Positions 41,100 to 51,684 are shown, counted from the first letter of the stretch. The stretch: DNA of 64,000 nucleotides from an uncultured delta proteobacterium (GCA_963736855.1 CAVTQK010000009.1:448001-512000), one strand, 5' to 3'. Numbers and translations are program-made. The notes: generated by a model not told the origin, from the sequence alone.

Positions 41100-41128
41100 A
41101 CTATAGAAACAATAAAAAACCGTGTCAA
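41100..41128 (-). promoter_or_regulatory. Sigma70-type promoter for dsrABDN
   Basis: Minus-strand TTGACA-17 nt-TATAGT, about 165 nt upstream of dsrA. Confidence 0.75.
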
Positions 41129-41270
41129 CAAAAAAAGCGGGTTGTTTTTATTTGGAAATCCCAACAGTTCGACAAAAAATGGCGTCGTCGCCAAACCCTG
41201 GTACCCGGTCTTTTCCAAACGGACCATATCTATGATTTATTCAGATTAAGGGCTGGATCGCCCTGGTGTT

Positions 41271-42489
41271 TCAGACCCGGCCTCTTACGGCTGCCATCAG
41301 TTGCCCGACATGGGTATCCATATGTCTCAAAACAAATGCCGCCTCCTCTTTGACCTGGCCTCTGTGTCCAACAAGGGCGGCCGTTATTTCGAAAACATCC
41401 TTTTCGGTCAGGGATCCAAGATAGGCCTTGAAACAATCGACAAGCGGTGCCGGAAGTATCGGGACGGGATCTTTTTTGTCCAAGGCATTGAAAAATCCCT
41501 CAACGGTCGGACCGACACATTCTCCGTCGGCCCAAATCCATTCACCCGTGCCGGATATCCGATCCATACGAATCCGATAGGACAGGTTCAGGAAAAAGAA
41601 CAACAGGGCTTGGAGAATGGTTTCAACGGATGCCACAGTTTGATGTTCCTCCGGACGAGGTTGAAACATCGCACGGTAATCGCGGACAGAGATCAGGCGG
41701 ATACTCAATGATCCGTTTTCAACCTTGACCACGAAGTCACCGGATGCATGATGCCAGGACCGGATCTCTTCAAAGGTAACCGGATCATAATAAGAAGTGA
41801 GAATATAGGCAATCTGCCGAAAAAGAGTTTCGGTCATTTGATCGCTCAGGAGATAGGCGCCATGAGTTTCGTCCCAAACGTTCACCCCAACACGGTCTTT
41901 TTTGGATTCCAAAGAAAGATGAAACTCATGATATCCTTCAAACCATTCTCCTAGAAACATCGAAAAGACGCCTGCTTTCGTGGAAACGGATCCGGTACTA
42001 TAAACCCGCGGGACAAACGAAAATGGGTGAGGCTTTTGTAATCGCTCAATGCTTTGAACCTCCCTGTTCAGGATCCTGTTTCCCGCATCGGAAAGGGCAA
42101 CATTAAGCACAAAGCTTGCTGAAAATCGGTCCCCTAAGAGCGTGATCTTTGCCGGGTGGTAAAATTCCCCGTGCTTTTTCAAACAGATGCGAACTGTGCG
42201 GACATCGGTAGGTCGTGCTGTTTGCCCGGGTTTCCGTGAAAAAGCATGCGGTATCCAAGGGATTAGCACTTTCTTTTAAGAACCGACCGGCTGCCTGGAA
42301 ATAATCCCCGAGGGTCACCCTGTTGTGGGGATCGGGGGTCGAGCTTGGAAATGCAGCCTGGCTGCGTGTTAGAGGTATGATTTTTCCCCAAGCCGGCGAG
42401 CCTTTTTCGACAAGGGAATCCTCATGATAGAGGTAATATTCAAACTCGGCGTCGCTTCCGATCACAGCAGTGACGACCGCGCTTTTCAC
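41271..42489 (-). pseudogene. Hypothetical protein (~405 aa) split by a +1 frameshift near 42270 (pseudogene or sequencing error)
   Basis: ORF 42103-42489 (...GDYFQAAGRFLKE) continues one base on into ORF 41271-42269 (VLIPW...KHGEFYHPA...). Confidence 0.65.
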
Positions 42490-42507
42490 GAACCAATCCC
42501 TGTGAGT

Positions 42508-43143
42508 TCACTCAGAGTGTGGAGTGCGATGAGGTTGAATTTCTTTGAGTATTTCCGGTGCCACCTCGTATCCCAACTCCAGAGCCTTCTCACAGTGGCT
42601 CGCCGCCAACGCTTGAGCACCCTCTTCAAGATAGGCAATGGCCAGATTATTGTGCGCTATGGCGAAATTCGGCTCGACAGAGAGGGCCTTAAGATTGGTA
42701 TCGATGGCCTCTTTCGTCATCCCTTTCATGAGATAGGCATTGGCCAGGGTGGTAAGGGCCTGGAGAAAGTTCGGATTCCATCGGATCGCCTTTTCCAATG
42801 CCTCGATGGCTTTGTCCACTTCTCCCTTTTGCATGTGGACAAACCCGATGTTTCCATACCCTTCCGAAAATCCGGCTCTGGATCGAACGGCTTGTTGATT
42901 GTACGACAGGCAACCGTCCAAATCTCCGCGCACCAGTGCGATGCCTCCCAACTGAACGTAGGCTTCCGCCAGATTAGGGCTGCAGGAAACGGCCTCGTGC
43001 AACTCATTTTCGGCCTCGTCATATTTTTTCTGGCCCAACAAGCCAACGGCAAGGTTATAATGAGAAGTACCGCACTCCGGATTGGAAGCGACGGCAACTT
43101 TTTGCTTGTTGATATATTCTTCTACATTTTTTGATTTTTCCAT
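42508..43143 (-). CDS. Tetratricopeptide repeat protein
   Basis: Repeated A..YNL/NL.....G...A.....A...P pattern. Confidence 0.92.
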   Translation of the reverse strand: MEKSKNVEEYINKQKVAVASNPECGTSHYNLAVGLLGQKKYDEAENELHEAVSCSPNLAEAYVQLGGIALVRGDLDGCLSYNQQAVRSRAGFSEGYGNIGFVHMQKGEVDKAIEALEKAIRWNPNFLQALTTLANAYLMKGMTKEAIDTNLKALSVEPNFAIAHNNLAIAYLEEGAQALAASHCEKALELGYEVAPEILKEIQPHRTPHSE

Positions 43144-43355
43144 TTCAGGACCTCTTTAAAATGAAATCTTATTGCGATCATCGTGATTGATTTGAAAATG
43201 TAGGATTTAAAGGTTTACCTTGTCAAGAAAAAGAGGAGGGCACACCCTTTTTTCTTGACAAAATCGCCCTGTTTTTTTATTTTTTTTAATAGATGGCTTC
43301 ATGTCCATTTTTTCCGCCGTCGATTTCACCGGACCGACAAAAAAGGGGGGATGGC

Positions 43356-44390
43356 ATGTTAAAAGGATGTTACACGGCTTTGATCACTCCGTTTTCAGGG
43401 AACGCCGTCGATTACGAGGGTTTGAACCGACTGGCCGCATTCCAGATCGAAAACGGTATCACCGGGATTCTGGCTGTTGGAACAACGGGTGAAAGCCCGA
43501 CGCTGAATTGGGACGAACATAATCAGGTCGTCGACAAAATCGCAAAAGCCAGCAAAGGCAAGTGCGCCTGCATTGCGGGAACGGGCAGCAACAACACACG
43601 GGAGACCCTCGATGCCACAGAGCATGCCGTCAAGGCCGGGGTGGATGCCGTTCTACTCGTAGACCCTTACTACAACGGTCCCAGTTCTCTCGAAATTCGA
43701 AAAGAATATGTAGCACCGGTGGCCAAGGCATTTCCCCACCTTGCTGTGATCCCATATGTCATCCCCGGACGCACCGGCGCCCAGTTGTTCCCGGAAGATC
43801 TGGCCCTCCTTAACCAGGAATTCCGGAATGTTCATACGGTCAAGGAAGCCACGGCCGACCTTTCCAATATGCGAAGAACGCGGGCCTGCTGCGGGTCGTT
43901 GTTTACGATTTTATCCGGAGATGATTCTTTGACTTTTGAAATGATGACGGATCCAAAGATTCGAGCGGCCGGCGTTATCTCCGTGGCCTCCAACGTGGCC
44001 CCGGGACCTGTTACCGAGATGGTGCGCCTTTTAGAACAAGGAAAAAACAACGAAGCTCAGGCCCTTGCCGCCGCACTGGCACCTCTTTTTAACATTGTCA
44101 CCGTCAAAACCCAGGAAAAGACACCTTTTGGGGAAGTGATGTGCAGGGCACGAAACCCTCTGGCAATTAAAACCCTGATGACCATCCTCGGCATGTCTTC
44201 CGGAGGATGCAGACCTCCCTTGGGCAAAATGACGCAGGCCGGATTTGAAAAGGTCTTATCGGCAGCACGAACGGTGCAGGCGCAAAACCCGGAAATTTTT
44301 GCACCCATCGCTCGTTTTTTCAACGTGGACATCGACAGCCGACTCAACAACCCCGTCTGCCGAAAAGACCTGTCTTACGACGGATATTAG
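43356..44390 (+). CDS. dapA: 4-hydroxy-tetrahydrodipicolinate synthase
   Basis: TALITPF, GTTGESPTL, GTGSNNT, PYYN, VKEA and LSGDD. Confidence 0.9.
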   Translation: MLKGCYTALITPFSGNAVDYEGLNRLAAFQIENGITGILAVGTTGESPTLNWDEHNQVVDKIAKASKGKCACIAGTGSNNTRETLDATEHAVKAGVDAVLLVDPYYNGPSSLEIRKEYVAPVAKAFPHLAVIPYVIPGRTGAQLFPEDLALLNQEFRNVHTVKEATADLSNMRRTRACCGSLFTILSGDDSLTFEMMTDPKIRAAGVISVASNVAPGPVTEMVRLLEQGKNNEAQALAAALAPLFNIVTVKTQEKTPFGEVMCRARNPLAIKTLMTILGMSSGGCRPPLGKMTQAGFEKVLSAARTVQAQNPEIFAPIARFFNVDIDSRLNNPVCRKDLSYDGY

Positions 44391-44427
44391 ACCGGTTTGA
44401 AGGAGTACGGTGTGGCTCCTGGTCGCA

Positions 44428-45210
44428 TCAATGGGCGGATGGGGTCGCCATTTCCGAATCTTTGGGTTTGAACAAGACGGTCTTCAGCCACTGCATGCCG
44501 AACTTTAGTAAAGCCACATCCTGGGTGCGGATCTCCTCCAACGTCTTTCCATCCAGCGAAAAACGCTGCAAGAAACTGCTTTCGAACACAAATCGTCGGA
44601 AGGCGTCGATGTTGTAACTGACCATAAAAAAGAGTTCTTTGGCCTTTTCCGTCAGGTGGATATTGGGCGGAAAAGAGCGTTTCCGCACCACAAGATCGGT
44701 CCATTCCGCATTGATGGTGTCATGAATATCCACTCCTTGGTCCGTACGCCATTCTTCGACCGTCCATTCTTTTTTCTCTTCAAAACCCCTGCAATGGGGC
44801 TCATTGACGAAAAAGAAAAAGCCCTCATCGTCGGCGCCCTCCCTATGAACAAGGGAAGCGACTCCTAAAGGGTAATACCTACAGGTGGTGGGCCTATCCT
44901 CATAGACGATGCAGCCGTTTTCCCGAACAAAGGGACACGATTTTTGATCATCATCTAAAAGCTTGAGAATCACCACCGGAAGATCGGTCTTATCCAACAG
45001 TTGGGGATCTGTGTAGATGGACAGAAACTCCCCGGAAGAAAGGCCAAGGCGGTTTTTCAGCAAAATAATATCGTAAGGGGTCAGCGTGATGGAAATCCCT
45101 CTACAGCACTGGGTAAAGCAGGATATGTCCTTGTGGCATCTGAATTGGAATCGGCTTTTAAGACCGATCCGAACCGGTGTAATGCCTGCCGGATTCTCTT
45201 GGCTTTCCAC
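44428..45210 (-). CDS. YkgJ-family cysteine-cluster (Zn/Fe-chelating) protein
   Basis: FRC...CFTQCC, CPF...GCIVYEDRPTTCRYYP. Start placed at GTG 45210 behind an RBS. Confidence 0.85.
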   Translation of the reverse strand: MESQENPAGITPVRIGLKSRFQFRCHKDISCFTQCCRGISITLTPYDIILLKNRLGLSSGEFLSIYTDPQLLDKTDLPVVILKLLDDDQKSCPFVRENGCIVYEDRPTTCRYYPLGVASLVHREGADDEGFFFFVNEPHCRGFEEKKEWTVEEWRTDQGVDIHDTINAEWTDLVVRKRSFPPNIHLTEKAKELFFMVSYNIDAFRRFVFESSFLQRFSLDGKTLEEIRTQDVALLKFGMQWLKTVLFKPKDSEMATPSAH

Positions 45211-45393
45211 GAAAAGGTTTCCTTTCTCGTTTTCATCTGTTTTTCTTATGAACTGTTTCTCTTTTCTTCTATCTGAGGTCAAAACCGATGTCAAATCGGG
45301 GTGTTTAAGGCGATAGGGCTTTCGAAACTTTTTGCCATAAATCATTGAGTTACGAAACTCGGAAAAGAATCCTTGAGATGAATGAGTTAACGA

Positions 45394-46263
45394 TCAGCGA
45401 CAGAAGGATTTTCGAAAAGCGCTTCCGTGTTCGACGATGGCTTCGCCCAATGTTTTTTTCAGTATATCCGTCCTGATATCATGAAAGGTGCCGCTGTTTT
45501 CATCCATATACATTTTTAAAATCTCTGTTGAAAGCACCAAAATATTGGGCCCCCAACTCGTCAATTCGCGGCAAAACGCTCCCTCTCCGCCGAAGACTTC
45601 ATTTTCGGCAACAGTGGTAAAGACATCCGGAATTCTGACGCGACTCAGACAATTTAGCCATGTCTGAACAGGTATTTCCCACCTGGCCCGATTGATGCTC
45701 CGAGTTCCCAGATTGAACACCGGCGGTGAGCGATGGCCGTTTTCAACCTGCCGCCGGCCGTTATAGGAATGGATGTCATAGATGACACAAGCGCCGAAGC
45801 GATCCAAAAGGATTTGAATTACTGTGGCGACGAACCGATAAAAGGCGCTGTATTTCTCCAGGCTTCGCTTTTGCATCGCTTTGGTCGGGGGTGAACCATA
45901 GATCTGTATGCCCCAAAACCTTTCGGGTGTCAATGGCAGTGCCAGATCGATAGGGCGGTTGAGATCGTATTCCGCCCTGGAATCCAGCCCCCAGATGGTA
46001 CTGGGGCAATCGCTGATAATCCGGTCGGTGGCCGCATCTTCCTCCGTCAGACGTTCTATGTCTGAAATCGACATCAGGGGTAAAAGCTCGTCGCGCACCC
46101 TGTGGCCGGCATGGATCGCAAAGGTAATATATGGAACCGAAAGATCCAAGTCGTAGACGAATCCACCCAATGGGCCAATGCCCGACACTTGCGATTGAGA
46201 GCTTAAAAAGGCATAAATTTCCGGATCGGATAAGATTCCCATGGATTTATCCACCATCGGCAA
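45394..46263 (-). CDS. N-formylglutamate amidohydrolase-family protein
   Basis: AIHAGH, EED..TD, SRAEYDLNRP and YDIHSYN. Confidence 0.85.
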   Translation of the reverse strand: MPMVDKSMGILSDPEIYAFLSSQSQVSGIGPLGGFVYDLDLSVPYITFAIHAGHRVRDELLPLMSISDIERLTEEDAATDRIISDCPSTIWGLDSRAEYDLNRPIDLALPLTPERFWGIQIYGSPPTKAMQKRSLEKYSAFYRFVATVIQILLDRFGACVIYDIHSYNGRRQVENGHRSPPVFNLGTRSINRARWEIPVQTWLNCLSRVRIPDVFTTVAENEVFGGEGAFCRELTSWGPNILVLSTEILKMYMDENSGTFHDIRTDILKKTLGEAIVEHGSAFRKSFCR

Positions 46264-46285
46264 GCGACTTTCTTTTCGACCCGGG

Positions 46286-47275
46286 TTACATCAGGTTGTA
46301 TCGGTGCAGGGCCGAATCGACGATTTTATGGACCAGTTCCCGATAATCTTCCTCTGGGCCTTTCGCCGACTTATGGTATAAGGAATAGATCTGAGGACTC
46401 CAGCTCTTGATGGGTTTCAGGCCCGGAATTCCGTTGACTTCGATGATCCGCAACTGATCGTTGGCGTCCACCCGCATGTCAACCCGTACGTGATCACGGC
46501 AATTCAATGCTTCCACAGCGGCTTTGCACAAGGACTTGGCCTCTTCGGACCGGGTTTCAGGGATGCGAATTTGCGTGATCCCCACACCGCGCATATCGCT
46601 TCTCAGGATGGGATACTTTCCGTAGCGACTGCCTTCAACAGTGACCAAACCGGGCAAAAACTCCTGGGTTTCCCCGTTGCCGATCATCAGCACCGTATAT
46701 TCAGCTCCCGGCAGATAATCTTCGATCAAAGCCGGCTGTTCAAAGGTCCGGTGGATGTACCGGACCCGTGCTTCGAGTTCTTCCGGCGTGTGTACCACGC
46801 TCTCATCGCCGACACCCACCGAGCGGGATTCGAAGCTCGGTTTCACGAAAGCAGGAAAGCGAACATCCGGAATCGGTTCGCCGATTCCCACGGTACGATG
46901 GGAGGGAACCGTAACTTGGTTGGCGTGAAGGATTTGGTGGGTCCAGCTCTTGTTGATCATCTGCTTCATCGCCAGGGATCCAGGGCCTATGTATGGGATT
47001 TGTCTTCGGTCGAAGATATCCGCCACCCACGCATCCTCATCCACATTGAGGCCGACGATATCCTTCCGGTCGGAAATGTAGTAAAGGGCGCTCCAGGCAA
47101 TATCATAGCGCTTGCCTTCGATGGCCTTCAGGAAATCTTTCATGGTTTCCACGAAAGCGATCTCTGCGGACTTGCCGTTGAAATTCAACGCATCACAAAG
47201 AGTTTTCGTCACCTTGATGTCTCCCCATCCCTGAGCCTCTCCGCCAGGTCCGGTAGTGATTAAAATCTTTTTCAT
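46286..47275 (-). CDS. D-Ala-D-Ala ligase-like ATP-grasp enzyme
   Basis: IPYIG, PAFVKP...SVGV, EDYLPGAEYTV, RVDMR and IEVNGIPG. Confidence 0.85.
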   Translation of the reverse strand: MKKILITTGPGGEAQGWGDIKVTKTLCDALNFNGKSAEIAFVETMKDFLKAIEGKRYDIAWSALYYISDRKDIVGLNVDEDAWVADIFDRRQIPYIGPGSLAMKQMINKSWTHQILHANQVTVPSHRTVGIGEPIPDVRFPAFVKPSFESRSVGVGDESVVHTPEELEARVRYIHRTFEQPALIEDYLPGAEYTVLMIGNGETQEFLPGLVTVEGSRYGKYPILRSDMRGVGITQIRIPETRSEEAKSLCKAAVEALNCRDHVRVDMRVDANDQLRIIEVNGIPGLKPIKSWSPQIYSLYHKSAKGPEEDYRELVHKIVDSALHRYNLM

Positions 47276-47306
47276 ATGGCTTGTGCTCCTTAGCAAAGAA
47301 ACATCG

Positions 47307-48239
47307 TCAGAATGCAAACAGATCCGGTAACCACTGGTAGTTTCTTAAGGCTTGGGCCGTTTCTGCCGATAGGGGTTGGATGACGTTCGAAATGGCATCG
47401 ATTCTCTTTTTGTCCCAAATAATTTTTGAAACGATTCTTAAGTCCACAATGGCATTATCGTGGCCGATGCCGTCGGTGGTTTCGAACAAAAAAGCGGCCA
47501 TGCGTTGATTTGGATCGAGAACCGTCACCTCTCCGGAAACCCGTTTTTGCATGCTTTCCCGGATGATATTCCGACTGTATCCAAAGTGAGTGCAAAACAG
47601 CGCGACCACAACGTTGGTTTGAGCATGGCCGAGTTCCTTCGCCGCCTGATCCATACAGGTATTTATCAAGCGTACGACCGCATTGTTTCCCGGCCCTTTT
47701 TCGATCTGGGTTGCCAACTGGTCGCAAGGTTGAACGACGATCCGATCGGCCGAAATACCCTTATCGATCAGCTGCGAACGGTGAAGGTCGGAAGCAATAG
47801 TGGTGACGGTGCCCAGCAGCACCGCCTTCGCTTCCGGATTCCGTAAGAGCTGTTCATAAACCATATCCACGCCGAAACGGACAACATCAACAACAGGGAT
47901 CGATTCCCGGCGACTGAAGGCGGTGCGTCCATAGAGCACGGAAAGGGTATTGCAGGCGATCATGATCAAATCCGGTTTATGCCTCTTCATCCCTTCCAGT
48001 GCCCCATCGAACACCCGGATCCGCTCATCCATGTCTTTCAAGGTGTTGAATCCCCGATTCTGCTCGGGCATTGCGTTGAAGTAGATCAGGGACACCCTGG
48101 GAAAAATCGGCTCACTTTTGAGCCTCGAAGCAATTTGTGCAAAGATGGACAGGCCTCCAAGGCCCGAATCGGTGATAAGAACGGTAACCTGTTTCTTTGA
48201 AAACAGCGAAGCGATCGATTTGTTTCCGGTCGAATGCAT
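47307..48239 (-). CDS. Glutamate/aspartate racemase family (MurI-like)
   Basis: DSGLGGLS, IACNT and FCTH, so both catalytic Cys are present. Confidence 0.85.
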   Translation of the reverse strand: MHSTGNKSIASLFSKKQVTVLITDSGLGGLSIFAQIASRLKSEPIFPRVSLIYFNAMPEQNRGFNTLKDMDERIRVFDGALEGMKRHKPDLIMIACNTLSVLYGRTAFSRRESIPVVDVVRFGVDMVYEQLLRNPEAKAVLLGTVTTIASDLHRSQLIDKGISADRIVVQPCDQLATQIEKGPGNNAVVRLINTCMDQAAKELGHAQTNVVVALFCTHFGYSRNIIRESMQKRVSGEVTVLDPNQRMAAFLFETTDGIGHDNAIVDLRIVSKIIWDKKRIDAISNVIQPLSAETAQALRNYQWLPDLFAF

Positions 48240-48243
48240 CCCT

Positions 48244-49479
48244 TTATCCGGTAAATCCTTCGGCCGCCTTTCGAGTGAAGTACTCGGCAACGAACGCGAC
48301 GGTCCACGGTGGGGCATCATCCAGGCTCCCTTCCATGATCCGGGTCATTAATTCGGTCAAATGAAAAGAATGCTGCCATGTGGATAGGCGGTTCCTGAAC
48401 ATGGCGGCCCCTTTTTGAGGCTCTTCTTCAAATTGTTCCATAATCATGGCGATCTCATTTTTGAACCCGTCTGCCCCGTAGTACTTGAGGAATCCGTGCC
48501 AAGCCTCTACCACGCTTTCTTTATTCGACAGGGGGGTGGATAGAGCTTCGAGTTTCTTCAAGGCTCTTTGCAGATTTTCTTTCTTAAGCCGGGTAAGCCG
48601 GTCGGGTCCGATTTCATACGGGACAATCCGGATGGCGTCGACACCGTCTTTTGTGATACCGACTTTTACCAAATAGCCGATTTTTCGGTAGAGGAGCTCC
48701 GTAGGCTGGAAAAAGATGAAATTGCCCAGGCTGAAGCAGATAGGGACCCCGTTATGGATCTTTACTCCCTGGGGTACATGGGGGTGATGGCCGATGACGA
48801 GATCGGCCCCGCATTCGGCAATGCGCGTTAGAGCGTCCACCAGATAGGGTGGCGGAAACGGAATGTATTCCACTCCCCCGTGGCAGACAACTATGACGAT
48901 GTGCACACGGGATCGAAGCTCTTTAACAAGGTTGATGATCCGTTCGATCTCCCAACCCAGCACTCCGGGTTTATCAGGTTCGGCCGCGGTGAGGTCTTCT
49001 CCTTCACCGAAGCTGAATACACCGATCGTGATTCCATTCACGGTTATCTTTGCAGGCTTTTCTGCCTCGGCAAGTGACAAGCCCGCGCCGGTGAAATGGA
49101 TGCCGTTTGAAGAAAGAAGATCCCGGGTTTGGATGAAACCTTCGATGCCGCAGTCAAAAATATGATTGTTCCCCAAGGTGGCGATTTCAAAAGGAACCGC
49201 TGTAAGACCGACGATGTGTGCCGGAAGCCCTTTCAGAACAGAGCCACTTTTCCACACCGGTATTCCTTCATCCACCAGCGGACATTCCAGGTTGACGATC
49301 CTCAGATGGCTTTCCCGGAACACCTCCAGTAGATCCCCGTATACATACTCCGGTTTTTCGAGGATCGTGTCGCTGAAATCTCGAATAGGCGCCCAATCAC
49401 CGGCAATAACGATTTCGGCTTCCGGTTTTTTCCCCTGTGGGCGCTTCCAAGTTCCATTTTCCCAATCAACCGGGTTCAT
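48244..49479 (-). CDS. CapA/PgsA-family metallophosphatase-fold protein
   Basis: AGD, VNLECP, LGNNHIFD, HGGVEY, GHHPHVPQG and SLGNFIF. Confidence 0.9.
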   Translation of the reverse strand: MNPVDWENGTWKRPQGKKPEAEIVIAGDWAPIRDFSDTILEKPEYVYGDLLEVFRESHLRIVNLECPLVDEGIPVWKSGSVLKGLPAHIVGLTAVPFEIATLGNNHIFDCGIEGFIQTRDLLSSNGIHFTGAGLSLAEAEKPAKITVNGITIGVFSFGEGEDLTAAEPDKPGVLGWEIERIINLVKELRSRVHIVIVVCHGGVEYIPFPPPYLVDALTRIAECGADLVIGHHPHVPQGVKIHNGVPICFSLGNFIFFQPTELLYRKIGYLVKVGITKDGVDAIRIVPYEIGPDRLTRLKKENLQRALKKLEALSTPLSNKESVVEAWHGFLKYYGADGFKNEIAMIMEQFEEEPQKGAAMFRNRLSTWQHSFHLTELMTRIMEGSLDDAPPWTVAFVAEYFTRKAAEGFTG

Positions 49480-49511
49480 TTTTTATTTTTCATTCGACAC
49501 TGTTTTAACTC

Positions 49512-50699
49512 TTATTCGATGTAAATTCTGGCAACCCGGGATGTGAGCGACGATACTATCTCGTAATTGATGGTGCCTAAAAGGCCGGCAATTTCATCGG
49601 CTGTGACCGATTCGTTCCCCTGGCGACCCAAAATGACCACCTCATCTTTAAGCATCACACCAGGAATACGCCCAACATCGATCAGGGTTAAGTCCATGCA
49701 TATCCGGCCGATGATGGGGGCACGGACTCCTTTTACCAGCATGTGCCCCCGGGAGGATAGAGCCCGATTCAAACCATCGGCATAGCCGATGGGCACGGTG
49801 GCGATCCGCGTGGGTCTTGGGGTGCGATAGGTGCTTCCGTAGCTCACCGCAAATCCTGGTCCTACCTGCTTGACTTGAATGACCCGGGATTTAAGTGTCA
49901 TGACCGGTTTGATATCGATCAGGCTTTTATCCACTGCGTTCGAAGGCCAGAGTCCATATAGGGATATTCCCGGCCGAACCAGATCCAGATGAGTTTCGGG
50001 CATTTCAATGGTCGCCGCACTGTTGGCCGCATGGCGGAATCGAACCTGAAACCCCGCCTTTTTAAGTGTTTCCAAAAGCTCCACGAATAGGGCGAATTGC
50101 CTACGGGCATCCGTTTTGTCTTTGGCATCCGCATCGGCAAAATGGGTGTATATGCCTTCCACCTCGATATGCGGCATCGAGGCAATTCTCAACACGTCAT
50201 ACACTGTTCCGGACCGGATCGGGCCTTCAGCCGCATCCGCGTTCAAGGCATCTGAGAGAATCCCCAGGCGTCCCATGCCCGTATCGATTTTGATGTGGAC
50301 TATAAGAGTTTTCCCGATGGAAAGAGCCTTTTCGGACAGCTGCCGGGCCGATGTCACGGAGTTGATAGAAGCCCGGATGTCGTTTTCAATCATGTAGGCT
50401 GCATAGGTCGGAAGGCTGTGTCCAAACAAAAGAATGGGTGCAGCAATTCCGGCTTTCCTTAAGCAAACGGCCTCATCGAACCGGGCAACCGCCAAAAACT
50501 TTGCTCCGCATTTCAAAGCGGTCCGAGCGACCTGGACAGCACCGTGACCATAACCGTCCGCCTTGACCACCGCCATGATCTCGGCCCTGGAAGAGGTAAC
50601 CCGCCGCAGTTCCCGATAATTGTGAGCCAGGGCCTTCAGATCGATCTCCGCCCAGGTCATTGAGGGATAACCGGCCTGAGAATCAGCGGCCTGTGACAT
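49512..50699 (-). CDS. alr: Alanine racemase
   Basis: AVVKADGYGHG, KIDTGMGRLG, RPGISLYG, VSYG and GRICMD. Confidence 0.96.
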   Translation of the reverse strand: MSQAADSQAGYPSMTWAEIDLKALAHNYRELRRVTSSRAEIMAVVKADGYGHGAVQVARTALKCGAKFLAVARFDEAVCLRKAGIAAPILLFGHSLPTYAAYMIENDIRASINSVTSARQLSEKALSIGKTLIVHIKIDTGMGRLGILSDALNADAAEGPIRSGTVYDVLRIASMPHIEVEGIYTHFADADAKDKTDARRQFALFVELLETLKKAGFQVRFRHAANSAATIEMPETHLDLVRPGISLYGLWPSNAVDKSLIDIKPVMTLKSRVIQVKQVGPGFAVSYGSTYRTPRPTRIATVPIGYADGLNRALSSRGHMLVKGVRAPIIGRICMDLTLIDVGRIPGVMLKDEVVILGRQGNESVTADEIAGLLGTINYEIVSSLTSRVARIYIE

Positions 50700-50700
50700 G

Positions 50701-51546
50701 TCAAACCTTTCCCTGCCCGTAAGCCGTGGTGTATTCTTTAAACAGGTGCATGACTTTTCGCGTGGTGTTGCCGGGTTTTCCATTCCCGATATGGAACTGG
50801 TCGATCTGGATGACGGGTACGATTTCCTTGTTGGAAGCCGTGATGAAGACCTCTTCCATCGTTACTATCTCGCTGATATCAACATCTCTGAGTTCGACGT
50901 CGAAATGATTTTTCACCAATTCCAAAACCACGCTTCGGGTGACACCGGGCAGTATGTCCGACTTCGGGGTAACCAACCTGCCTTTTTTGAAAAAGAAAAT
51001 ATTCGTGGTGGTACCTTCGAGCATGCGGCGATTCCGATCCGCATAGATGGATTCAATAGCCCCCTTCCGATGGGCCTCTTGAAGGGCCCAGACCGCGGTC
51101 AGGTAGTTGGTGCTCTTGGCTTTCGGGATGAAGCGTTCGATGTCCAGGGTGATGATCTTGACCCCGTCCGTGTACCACCAATCCGGGAGGTTCAACCTGG
51201 GCGTAACCATCACGATCAGTTTGCCGTTTCCCTCCGGAGTAACTCCGTCCGAACTGACGCCGCCGGTATAAACAATCCGGATGTTCGATTCCCCTTGGTG
51301 GGCATTGCGGCGGATCGTTTCTTCCACGATGCCGCAGATGTTATCCCGGGTATGATTCAGTTTGAGACCGATATTTTCGGCCGAGTTCTCCAGTCGCTGC
51401 ACATGCGTTTTAAGATAAAATGGACGTTTGTTGTAGGTAATTAAAAAATCGAACACACCGAAGCCTCTCAGTACCGATAAATCTTTTACCGAGATGACGG
51501 CTTGGTCTTCGGTAACAAACTCTTTATCGATGTAATAAATATCCAT
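50701..51546 (-). CDS. PLP fold-type IV aminotransferase (D-amino-acid aminotransferase-like)
   Basis: RGFGVFD, HVQRL, AKSTNY, EGTTTNIF, LPGVTR and EEVFITAS. Confidence 0.88.
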   Translation of the reverse strand: MDIYYIDKEFVTEDQAVISVKDLSVLRGFGVFDFLITYNKRPFYLKTHVQRLENSAENIGLKLNHTRDNICGIVEETIRRNAHQGESNIRIVYTGGVSSDGVTPEGNGKLIVMVTPRLNLPDWWYTDGVKIITLDIERFIPKAKSTNYLTAVWALQEAHRKGAIESIYADRNRRMLEGTTTNIFFFKKGRLVTPKSDILPGVTRSVVLELVKNHFDVELRDVDISEIVTMEEVFITASNKEIVPVIQIDQFHIGNGKPGNTTRKVMHLFKEYTTAYGQGKV

Positions 51547-51616
51547 TGCGATCCCCTCGAGTGTCTATTCTGTTCGGCTTCAGGCTTGTCTTTTCTCTTG
51601 AATCCTCGGATATAAA

Positions 51617-51654
51617 GCACCCCGACCAAGCCGGAAGCCCAACGGTCGGGGTGC
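51617..51654 (-). terminator. Probable terminator after the HisC-like gene
   Basis: 11-bp stem GCACCCCGACC/GGTCGGGGTGC followed by TTTAT on the minus strand. Confidence 0.6.
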
Positions 51655-51684
51655 GCTATCTTTCGATTTCAGCTTTTCCTGAGA

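Noticed and set aside
45394..51546. Canonical poly-gamma-glutamate capsule locus or van-type resistance cluster
   Set aside because: No capB/capC, and no vanH/vanX/vanRS-like genes are present.
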